A DNA stretch of 64,000 nucleotides from an uncultured Planctomycetaceae bacterium (GTDB lineage Bacteria; Planctomycetota; Phycisphaerae; Sedimentisphaerales; UBA12454), in NCBI GenBank assembly GCA_964492875.1, contig CAZBLD010000007.1, positions 21,949 to 85,948 on the forward strand, read 5' to 3'. Positions 1 through 9,191 of the stretch are shown one piece after another (positions within the stretch are counted from its first letter, which is position 1; every line of letters starts with the position of its first letter). A program made the position numbers and the translations under genes. The notes under the pieces were generated by a model. That model worked only from the letters and a program-made list of their open reading frames with translations. It was not told the origin of the DNA and did not search any database.

Positions 1-216
1 ATGACGACCAGAAAAGGTTCATTGAAAACACGGACCCTGCATCAGTGGAAAACAACAAATTCGCATGTGGAATGTTCTGGTTTACAAAATAAACTTTATC
101 CCTGTAGAGATATAAATGAGTCAAAAAAACGGAATCACATCAAGAAAATAAGAAAAAATGCAGGAAATTATGAAATTTCAGTACACGGCGTTTAGTCCTT
201 GTTTTATAGCTAAATG

Positions 217-247
217 AAAGGCCGGTTATTTCGGTCGGCCTTTTTGT
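217..247 (+). terminator. Rho-independent terminator-like hairpin
   Basis: Stem AAAGGCCG (217-224) pairs with CGGCCTTT (236-243), followed by a T-run to 245. Confidence 0.45.
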
Positions 248-377
248 CTTTATTGGAGGGACTACTTGTCAGAGGATGCGATGTTCTTTTCCTTCCATCT
301 CACAAAGTATTAAATTCATTCTTGCTTGGCATTTTTTTGTGTGTATAATATTTGAAAATATCTGTCGGGGACCGGAA

Positions 378-872
378 ATGACAAATTCTGATGATGATGT
401 GGAAGAAATTTTGTATTATGCTGTCGGCAGGGAGGTAGAGGCCAATATCTTTTATAATCTTCTTTCTCAGTATATCGATGATGCTCAGGTTCGTGCCATC
501 TGCAATGAGTTCGCCGCTGAAGAGCTTGAGCACAAGGCCCGGCTGGAACTTGAGATAATGAAGCTTGGCAGGATTGTCAAATCCTCTGTTGCTGTTGAAC
601 AAGGCGATAGGGCAGCTCCCAGACCTCTTGATTATATGCTGGATATGGCCAAAGTTATGCGGATGAATCTGCCGGACCTTTTACTTTTTGCGATGGAAAA
701 GGAGAAGGTCTCTTTCCGGCTTTACATCGATTTGCTCAGATTGGTAGAAGACAAGGAGTCTCGTCAGGTACTTCTGGAGCTTGCCGAAGAAGAGGCTCGT
801 CATAAAATGAGATTTGAGATTGAATACGACAGGCTTTTGGCCGGCCGGCGGGAGCCACCGGCTCAGATATAA
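378..872 (+). CDS. Rubrerythrin/ferritin-like four-helix-bundle protein
   Basis: Two ExxH-containing helices (EFAAEELEHKARLE and ELAEEEARHKMRFE) typical of di-iron ferritin-like proteins. ATG 378 is preferred over the track start at 276, whose extra 34 aa look non-coding. Confidence 0.65.
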   Translation: MTNSDDDVEEILYYAVGREVEANIFYNLLSQYIDDAQVRAICNEFAAEELEHKARLELEIMKLGRIVKSSVAVEQGDRAAPRPLDYMLDMAKVMRMNLPDLLLFAMEKEKVSFRLYIDLLRLVEDKESRQVLLELAEEEARHKMRFEIEYDRLLAGRREPPAQI

Positions 873-876
873 GTTC

Positions 877-1599
877 TCAGTTTCGCAGGTCGATTATACT
901 CGCGTTTTTTACATAGCTTCTTATGACAAATTCTGCCAGGTTTACCCATAGTTTTGCCTTGTCTAACACGTCTCCGTCGCTTGTAGCGACGATTTGCTCC
1001 GATTGAATAAGCTCGGCATCAGGGTTATTGAGTAGTTTTACTTGTGTGGGGGGTGTGGGAGTTTTTGTCGCTGTCGATTCTATAATACCCTTGAGTCTTC
1101 CGCTGTTTGAGACAGGTTTGTCTAAAAGCCAGCAGGCGTTTTTTACCTTCAATTCGGTCAGAGCGTCGTTAATCAGTTCTATTGCAGGTATTGTCTCATC
1201 GACCTTTCTGTACGTCCCATGCATACCTGCCAGGTCTCTGACACAGCCGTCTCTGCCGATAAAGAGGAATCCTCCGCTCATTGCTGACTCGATGGTTATC
1301 AGGACGTTATATCCGTCGATAAGAATATCCCGGCCGGCAAGGTCGCCCGGCTGTAGTTGTCGAATCAGTCGTCCTGCAAGTTGCGTATCCGAGCAGCTGC
1401 TTCTCATAACTGCAAGTCTTTGTCTTTCGGTAAGTTCGAATTTGTCGCCGACTAATTTGAGGGCAGCGTTTTGAGGATATTCTTTTGTCAAAAGCATCGA
1501 GTAATCAGCCACAGCCTGCCGCAGAGCGGGGATATTTTCCCGGCAGAACAGGACACTATCCTGCGGATGAGCGCCTCTGTGTTTTCTTTTGTCCGGCAT
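877..1599 (-). CDS. DUF434-like conserved hypothetical protein
   Basis: The N-terminal RGAHPQDSVLF...LLTKEYP...LKLVGDKFELTERQR pattern resembles DUF434-family proteins (from memory). ATG at 1599 (MPDKRKHRG) is preferred over the longer track ORF. Divergent from murE. Confidence 0.5.
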   Translation of the reverse strand: MPDKRKHRGAHPQDSVLFCRENIPALRQAVADYSMLLTKEYPQNAALKLVGDKFELTERQRLAVMRSSCSDTQLAGRLIRQLQPGDLAGRDILIDGYNVLITIESAMSGGFLFIGRDGCVRDLAGMHGTYRKVDETIPAIELINDALTELKVKNACWLLDKPVSNSGRLKGIIESTATKTPTPPTQVKLLNNPDAELIQSEQIVATSDGDVLDKAKLWVNLAEFVIRSYVKNASIIDLRN

Positions 1600-1663
1600 A
1601 ACTTGTATTATATCATTTTTTACTATTGATATTGAATAAAATCGTTTGTTAAAATAGGCCCCT

Positions 1664-3100
1664 ATGACATTGGAGCAGTTATTGAAGCTGATGGATAGGC
1701 CCTTGCTTGAGCGGCCGCGCGTATGTGCCGACTCTCGCAAGCTTCGGCAGGGCGATATCTTTGTAGCGGTAAAAGGTACGCGTATGGACGGCCATGACTT
1801 TATCGGCCAGGCAGTTGTAACAGGCGCCAGATACGTTGTTTCGCAAAAACCGGTTACTGTTGCGTCAGCCGAAGTTATACAAGTTGACGATACAGCCGAA
1901 GCGCTTGGCCTGCTCTCTCAGGCATATTTTGACCAGCCCAACAGCAGGCTTGTTAATCTTGCTGTTACCGGCACAAACGGCAAGACGACGACGACTTATC
2001 TGGTTCGTTCGGTAATTGCCGATGCCGGCAAAAAATGCGGCCTGATAGGAACTGTGGTGATTGACTTTGGCAGCGGTGCAGACGACATCGAAGCTTCGAT
2101 GACGACTCCGGACGCGTTTGAGCTTGCGTCCATTTCAGACAAGATGGTACAAGCAGGCGACCAGTTCCTTGTTATGGAGGCCAGCAGTCATGCGATTGAG
2201 CAGAACCGTCTTGCGGGGATAAATTTCAAGGCCGCTGCTTTTACGAATCTTACAGGCGAACATCTGGATTATCACAAAACGATGGATGCGTATCTGGCCG
2301 CCAAGCTGAAGCTCTTTGAGAAGCTTTCACCTGATGCAACGGCAGTGATAAATATCGATGACCCTGTTTGGGAAAAAGTCGCTGCTGTAACAAAAGCTAA
2401 TAAGCTCTTTTACTCACTCGAAAGACAGGCAGACATAACGGCAGATATCATCTCGATGGATATTAGTGGTACGGTATTTGATTTGAATTTCAGAGGCCGG
2501 ATTATTCGGATAGAAACACCTCTTATAGGCAGACATAATATGAGCAATCATCTCGCTGCAGCGGGTCTGACGATTGCCTGTGGTTTTGACCTTAAGACAG
2601 TTGCAGAAGGTTTGAGTAAGCTCGGTAAGGTGCCCGGCAGACTTCAGAAAGTGCCTTTTTCAGGTGATTTTACGGTAATTGTGGATTATGCCCATACGGA
2701 CGATGCGTTAAAAAATGTCCTTTCAACCTTAAAACCTCTTTGTAAAAATCGCCTGACGCTGGTTTTCGGCTGTGGCGGCGACAGGGACAAAACCAAACGT
2801 CCCCGGATGGCACAGGTTGCCGAACAGTTTGCCGACAATATTTTTGTTACCAGCGATAATCCCAGAACGGAAAGACCCGCCGCCATAATAGAGGATATTC
2901 TCCAGGGTTTTTCAAACCCTTCTGCCGGTAACATAACTGTTCAGCCCGACAGGAAGCTGGCGATTGAGGCAGCGGTCAAAAATGCAAAGGCGGGCGATAT
3001 TGTTCTTATCGCTGGCAAGGGTCACGAAAATTATCAGATTATCGGCACGGAAAAGCTTCACTTCAGCGATATGGAGACCGCCGCAGAAATTTTGCGATGA
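1664..3100 (+). CDS. murE: UDP-N-acetylmuramoyl-L-alanyl-D-glutamate--2,6-diaminopimelate ligase
   Basis: Mur ligase P-loop GTNGKTTT, DYAHTDDAL and a C-terminal DNPR motif. Position upstream of murF-mraY. Confidence 0.93.
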   Translation: MTLEQLLKLMDRPLLERPRVCADSRKLRQGDIFVAVKGTRMDGHDFIGQAVVTGARYVVSQKPVTVASAEVIQVDDTAEALGLLSQAYFDQPNSRLVNLAVTGTNGKTTTTYLVRSVIADAGKKCGLIGTVVIDFGSGADDIEASMTTPDAFELASISDKMVQAGDQFLVMEASSHAIEQNRLAGINFKAAAFTNLTGEHLDYHKTMDAYLAAKLKLFEKLSPDATAVINIDDPVWEKVAAVTKANKLFYSLERQADITADIISMDISGTVFDLNFRGRIIRIETPLIGRHNMSNHLAAAGLTIACGFDLKTVAEGLSKLGKVPGRLQKVPFSGDFTVIVDYAHTDDALKNVLSTLKPLCKNRLTLVFGCGGDRDKTKRPRMAQVAEQFADNIFVTSDNPRTERPAAIIEDILQGFSNPSAGNITVQPDRKLAIEAAVKNAKAGDIVLIAGKGHENYQIIGTEKLHFSDMETAAEILR

Positions 3101-3219
3101 ATCCCGCACCTTCTAAATATTCAGTGTATCACGTATATCTTTTGAAGAGTCGTAAGGATGATAGCTTGTATATTGGATATACCAACGGGAAAATTGAACA
3201 GAAAGAAGGTGCGGGATGA
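3097..3219 (+). pseudogene. 40-codon mini-ORF, relic of the N-terminus of a GIY-YIG (COG2827-like) nuclease
   Basis: The translation is MNPAPSKYSVYHVYLLKSRKDDSLYIGYTNGKIEQKEGAG, with VYLL and LYIGYT matching the GIY and YIG motifs. Its ATG (3097) overlaps the murE TGA (3098-3100) and its TGA (3217-3219) overlaps the murF ATG (3216). Confidence 0.5.
3102..3216. repeat. Perfect 13-bp inverted repeat bracketing the mini-ORF
   Basis: TCCCGCACCTTCT (3102-3114) is the exact reverse complement of AGAAGGTGCGGGA (3204-3216). The right arm covers the murF ribosome-binding region. Confidence 0.85.
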
Positions 3220-4643
3220 AGCCTTTAAGCATAAGGAAACTCGCTGAAGTTATAAAAGCTCAAACCGTCTCCGGCAGCACAGAAATAGTAAGCAGTGTAA
3301 GTATAGACTCTCGTATAGTTCGCCAAGGTAGCGTATTTTTTGCGGTTAAGGGGGCAAATCACGACGGCCACGATTTTGTCAATCAGGCCTTTGAAAACGG
3401 CGCAGCCTGTGCGGTTGTGCAGAAGAAAATTGCTGTTACGACCGATTCGCCGCGGTGCGACCGCCTCGCAACAGGCAAGCTTGTCCTGCTTGTCAGCGAT
3501 ACGATAAAGGCTCTTGGCGAACTGGCAAAGTATGTGCGAAGTATCTCAGCCTGGAAGGTTATCGCAGTTACCGGCTCGGTGGGCAAGACTACGACAAAGG
3601 ATATGCTTCATCATGTTTTAAGCAGTAAGTTTAGATGTTTTGCCGCCCAGAAAAGCTACAATAACAATATCGGCGTGCCTTTGACGGTTTTCGATGCTCC
3701 GGATGATTGTGAATTTATTATAGCAGAGCTCGGCAGCAATCATCCCGGCGAGATTGAATATCTTTCCCGTATAATTGCTCCTGACATAGCTTTGATAACC
3801 ACGATATGCCCCGCACATCTGGAGGGTTTTGGCTCGATTGAAGGTATAATAAAGGAAAAGGTTTCCATCACGGCAGGTCTGAAGCAGGATGGAAAACTTT
3901 TTATCAACGGCGATAAAAAAGAGCTTGTTGATTATTGCAAAGAGAGTCGTTTGGATTTTACCACTTTCGGCACAGCGAAAACCTGCGACATACAGGTAAA
4001 GGATATTGAGTTTTTTGGCGATAAAAGTAAGTTTGTTATTGATGACGTTTTGGTGGAGCTTCCGCTTGCCGGCAGAGCTAACGTGGAGAATGCGGCAGCG
4101 GTCTGGGCGATGTGTAAATATCTTGGCATTCCAGCGGCTCAGCTTGCCCGCTTGATTGCTGACATAAAACCTGTCGGTATGAGGCTGGAGATTATCGAGT
4201 GCCGTCAGGCATCCCTTAGCGGACTTGGTTCGGTAACGGTTATTAACGACTGTTACAATGCAAATCCCGGCTCGATGGAAAATGCCCTTCAGACCCTTTC
4301 TCTGCTGGCGGAGCAGAAGAAGAAAAGACCTGTTTTTATTTTTGGCCGGATGGGTGAACTTGGCGCCCAAAGCGAAAGGCTGCACGCCGAGCTGGGCCAA
4401 AGAATTGCTCATTACAAAATCCCGCTTGTTCTGACGACGAAAGGCGATAGTGCCGTGGCTGCCCAAATGGCGGATAAAAGCGCTGATTTTCATATCTGTG
4501 TGAGGATTTTTGAAAATGTGCGCGAGCTTACCGCTAACCTGCACAAATTTATTGAACCTGACGATATAATATTAGTCAAGGCTTCTCGCAGTGAAAGCTT
4601 TGAAATAATTGTGGATAAACTGAAAGGACTTTTTACCAGATAG
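3216..4643 (+). CDS. murF: UDP-N-acetylmuramoyl-tripeptide--D-alanyl-D-alanine ligase
   Basis: Mur ligase P-loop GSVGKTTTKD, NDCYNANP motif, synteny murE-murF-mraY. Confidence 0.9.
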   Translation: MKPLSIRKLAEVIKAQTVSGSTEIVSSVSIDSRIVRQGSVFFAVKGANHDGHDFVNQAFENGAACAVVQKKIAVTTDSPRCDRLATGKLVLLVSDTIKALGELAKYVRSISAWKVIAVTGSVGKTTTKDMLHHVLSSKFRCFAAQKSYNNNIGVPLTVFDAPDDCEFIIAELGSNHPGEIEYLSRIIAPDIALITTICPAHLEGFGSIEGIIKEKVSITAGLKQDGKLFINGDKKELVDYCKESRLDFTTFGTAKTCDIQVKDIEFFGDKSKFVIDDVLVELPLAGRANVENAAAVWAMCKYLGIPAAQLARLIADIKPVGMRLEIIECRQASLSGLGSVTVINDCYNANPGSMENALQTLSLLAEQKKKRPVFIFGRMGELGAQSERLHAELGQRIAHYKIPLVLTTKGDSAVAAQMADKSADFHICVRIFENVRELTANLHKFIEPDDIILVKASRSESFEIIVDKLKGLFTR

Positions 4644-4696
4644 TAAAAAAAATTCCACAGTTTTGGGTTTTTACTTTTAAGTTTTAAGTTTCTTTT

Positions 4697-5836
4697 ATGC
4701 TGTATCATCTGTTTTCATTTTTGCAGGATTTTGTAACTCGCTCGCTGGGTTTTTACGCCTGGCAGGAGGTGATGTTCCGTTGCATAATGGCGGCGCTCAC
4801 AAGTCTTTTTGTGGCATGGCTTTCCGGCCCGAAGATAATTCGCTGGCTGATGCGCAAAAAAATAGGCGACCGGCCGGAATTTCATCACGAGACGCTTAAT
4901 GAGCTTAACAAAGAAAAGGCCAATACCCCGACTATGGGTGGTCTGATAATTCTTGCTGCGGTGCTGGTAGGTACTCTGCTATGGGCAAAGCTGAACAATT
5001 CGTTTATCCAAAAAGCGATTATTTTGATATTATGGTTTGGCGGCATAGGAGCGGTTGACGACTGGCTCAAGCTTACAAGTAAAATTCGCCATCGCAGCCG
5101 CAACGGCTTAAAGCCGTGGGAGAAGCTGGCGTTTCAGTTTGGCGGTGCGGTGCTGATAGCGACGTTCCTGTATTTTGATATTAAAAATGTGCCGGATGCA
5201 ACGAGGTTTTGGCTGCCTTTTTACAAGTATGGCATACCCATCACCGGCTGGTTGTTTGTATTGATTGCGATACTTTATATTTCAGCGACGAGCAATGCGG
5301 TCAATTTAACTGATGGTATGGATGGCCTGGCAGCTGGTTGTGTTGCGATAGCAAGTCTGACTCTGGCTATTCTCTGTTATGTTGCTTCTGAGTCGATGAC
5401 GAGGACCTCAACGATGACATGGGCCGGCTATCTGCTTTTGCCGCATATACCGCAGTCCGGCGAGCTTAGTATATTTTTCTCGTCTATTCTCGGCGCTTCG
5501 CTGGGGTTTTTATGGTTTAACTGTCATCCGGCGCAAACGTTTATGGGGGATATTGGCTCGCTTCCGCTGGGCGCTGCGATGGGTTATGGCGCTCTGGTTA
5601 CGAGGAATGAAATCCTGCTTTTGGTAATTGGCGGCGTATTTATGGTTGAGCTCTTCAGTGTGGTTTTGCAAATACTGTATTTCCGCTATACCGGCGGAAA
5701 GAGACTATTCCGCTGTGCGCCGATTCATCATCATTTTCATCTTGCCGGCTGGTCTGAGCCGCAGGTGGTGGTAAGATTCTGGCTTTTGGCCGCCGCCTTT
5801 GCAACATTAGCCCTCGCAACTCTAAAAATCCGCTGA
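4697..5836 (+). CDS. mraY: Phospho-N-acetylmuramoyl-pentapeptide transferase
   Basis: Polytopic membrane protein with NAVNLTDGMDGLA and FMGDIGSLPLG motifs and HHHFHL near the C-terminus. Confidence 0.93.
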   Translation: MLYHLFSFLQDFVTRSLGFYAWQEVMFRCIMAALTSLFVAWLSGPKIIRWLMRKKIGDRPEFHHETLNELNKEKANTPTMGGLIILAAVLVGTLLWAKLNNSFIQKAIILILWFGGIGAVDDWLKLTSKIRHRSRNGLKPWEKLAFQFGGAVLIATFLYFDIKNVPDATRFWLPFYKYGIPITGWLFVLIAILYISATSNAVNLTDGMDGLAAGCVAIASLTLAILCYVASESMTRTSTMTWAGYLLLPHIPQSGELSIFFSSILGASLGFLWFNCHPAQTFMGDIGSLPLGAAMGYGALVTRNEILLLVIGGVFMVELFSVVLQILYFRYTGGKRLFRCAPIHHHFHLAGWSEPQVVVRFWLLAAAFATLALATLKIR

Positions 5837-5997
5837 CAGGTTAGCTGCCGATTTGATATCCTGTAGGTACGGATTATGTTTGACAGCGTTTAACAGTCTG
5901 TCTTTTATTTCCTGTCTTGTCATACTCGACAGTTTAAGTCGGCAATTGAAATTTGTCAATATCTATCATTTTCTACCTCAAAAACACACTTTTCTAC

Positions 5998-6026
5998 TTG
6001 ACAACATCTCGCCAATCGGCTATAAT
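5998..6026 (+). promoter_or_regulatory. Consensus sigma70-type promoter
   Basis: TTGACA (5998-6003), exactly 17 nt spacer, then TATAAT (6021-6026), about 55 nt upstream of the GTG at 6081. Confidence 0.55.
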
Positions 6027-6080
6027 CTATTTAAGAATAGACTGCCTTCAGTTGAGTATGTGTTCTGGAGGGAAAGAACA

Positions 6081-7010
6081 GTGAATCATCCCCGTGTGCT
6101 TATCAGGAACCAGAGTAACGAGATGTTGGAGTGCGAATCTCTGGAAAAGTTCGCCGCTCCCTTTGCCGATGTCTTAATCGTATGCGGTCAGGGGGTGTAT
6201 GAAGATGGGATATACTATGGGGAATTTCATGACAGAGATGTCTGCTTCGAGCATTCTCTCAAGTTTCCAGAAATAGCAGGTCGCTTTCGGTATAACATCA
6301 TAGTTTTGTCAGGCGGCTTCACGCAGGAACGCGCTCCATGGCTTTCAGAGGCTGAAAGCTTCTTGAATATTATGAGGGATGCGGGTGTCGAGATTCCCCC
6401 CGTACCGCTCATTTTGGATGAATATGCACTTGATAGCGCTGAGAACATCCTATTAGGACTTATGACGACCAGGCTCGCGTTGTCGAAAACCCCTATTCGG
6501 CGAGTAGGCATTTGGGTGGCTTGGAAGTTCAAGAAATGGAGGTTCAATAGGAATGCGGAGGCTCTTGGTATCGTTGAGCAAACCTATGTTCATGGCTTTG
6601 CTCACGTCTCGGATACTAACATTCAGGTGCCGATAGACGACGCGAAGCAGAGGGATTATAACGAATATATGCAAGACACTGTAGAACATTATCTGCTGCG
6701 AGCAAGCGACAAAGAGGATGAACGACGAAAGAAATGGCAGAATAACCGAAGCGACAAAGACCGAGACCAGGTCTTTAGTCCTTTTATGCGATTTCCGAAC
6801 GACCCGAAGCGGTGGTTTCGCTCCCTCGACCGAAGTGGAGAGCCTCAAATGGTCTGTGATACAAGACCTTTTTCATTCTACAAAAATCGGTTAGACCTTT
6901 TTGCACCTTTCGTGCAGACATGGCAAAGCTTACACTCAATTGAGAGAGGAGTTAAGTTAGAGGACTCGGGTTTAAAAGATGCGTTTAAAGAGGAAGTAAT
7001 GAAGCTGTGA
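6081..7010 (+). CDS. DUF218/YdcF-like (ElyC/SanA superfamily) protein
   Basis: VLIVCGQG...IIVLSGGFT...SEAESF...LDEYALDSAENIL pattern is typical of DUF218. GTG 6081 is preceded by GGAGGG. ATG 6123 is an alternative start. The track start at 5853 lies upstream of the promoter. Confidence 0.55.
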   Translation: MNHPRVLIRNQSNEMLECESLEKFAAPFADVLIVCGQGVYEDGIYYGEFHDRDVCFEHSLKFPEIAGRFRYNIIVLSGGFTQERAPWLSEAESFLNIMRDAGVEIPPVPLILDEYALDSAENILLGLMTTRLALSKTPIRRVGIWVAWKFKKWRFNRNAEALGIVEQTYVHGFAHVSDTNIQVPIDDAKQRDYNEYMQDTVEHYLLRASDKEDERRKKWQNNRSDKDRDQVFSPFMRFPNDPKRWFRSLDRSGEPQMVCDTRPFSFYKNRLDLFAPFVQTWQSLHSIERGVKLEDSGLKDAFKEEVMKL

Positions 7011-7100
7011 TGGGATGCCGAACATTGGCATCCAGACTCGTAGTTGGCATTGCTGTCCCAGCGGCATACAACGCATTATACATGACGAGTATCTATTTTA

Positions 7101-8411
<1,311 letters not shown>

Positions 8412-8490
8412 TTATTCTGGCTTTTGGGATGAAAAAGATAACGTCTGTATGGCATTAAGTCAAGACCTAAAGAGAAATGTCTTTTTCTGC

Positions 8491-9042
8491 TCAAAATTTG
8501 CTGATCAAAGGTGCTACTTGGAGCCAAATGTTATCAGTTTGCTTTTGAATAAAAGCAACCAAATTAAGTGGAACTGCATTTTGCGTGAAAGCCCCTTGGA
8601 GATTATATGCCATCCGTTCTAATGGGCTATTCTTGTAACCAAACTGTAATAGACCAATACCGTATGCAAAAAGAAAATTATCTACTCCTAATCTTTTCCA
8701 CTGTACTACATGAACCAATTCATGAAAATAAAGACTCTCCGTTTGATAAAGATGATGAACAAAGAATGTGTCCATATATGTTATCCCATCAAGTGGCATT
8801 CGCTCCATTTCTGATAGTTCTGGGAGACCCATTTGCCCAATTGGAGGAAATGGCACCTTAGAAACTGTCACTACCTTTGCTTGTTCTAATAAGTCAGAAG
8901 GAAAATGTTTTGCTATATTGGAAAAACCAAGGCTATTTACATTGACAGTTTCATTTTTATGCTTTTCTAATAACTCTTCAATCCATTTTCGGATCGTTGG
9001 TAGAGCAACATGAAATTTGTTGATTGTTTCTGCTACATTCAC
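8491..9042 (-). CDS. Hypothetical protein with HExxH motif (putative zinc metallopeptidase-like)
   Basis: 183-aa ORF with HELVHVVQW. Sampled line is AT-rich (33% G+C at 8701-8760, versus 50% at 8041-8100 in eno). Confidence 0.45.
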   Translation of the reverse strand: MNVAETINKFHVALPTIRKWIEELLEKHKNETVNVNSLGFSNIAKHFPSDLLEQAKVVTVSKVPFPPIGQMGLPELSEMERMPLDGITYMDTFFVHHLYQTESLYFHELVHVVQWKRLGVDNFLFAYGIGLLQFGYKNSPLERMAYNLQGAFTQNAVPLNLVAFIQKQTDNIWLQVAPLISKF

Positions 9043-9191
9043 AATTTATTCCAACAATGATTATGCAGTTTTATACGTCTCTGGCATACTGCATAAAACG
9101 CTAAACACACACATTAGAATACATTCCATCTTCCCCAAAAATCAAGATGAAAAATGTTATAAGTTGTCGTAACTCAGTTATCTATTCCGTC

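Noticed and set aside
1-195. 64-aa ORF at the window start
   Set aside because: It is Lys/Asn-rich and low-complexity with no recognisable motif. Another frame ends a possible upstream gene at about 92 (…NNKFACGMFWFTK*), but 29 aa is too little to call.
3618-4544. 308-aa antisense ORF within murF (also 33360-34058 in ribF, 51399-52106 and 52116-52850 in the ATPase, 39658-40386 and 40766-41332 in the KS genes, 53633-54163 and 54835-55644 in the PEP-CTERM genes, and 14455-15009 in recJ)
   Set aside because: These are shadow ORFs opposite strongly supported genes. Their translations are low-complexity with no motifs.
5853-6080. Upstream extension of the DUF218 ORF (track start TTG at 5853)
   Set aside because: The extension contains the consensus promoter at 5998-6026 and encodes a hydrophobic low-complexity peptide. 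GTG 6081 with GGAGGG (or ATG 6123) is more plausible.
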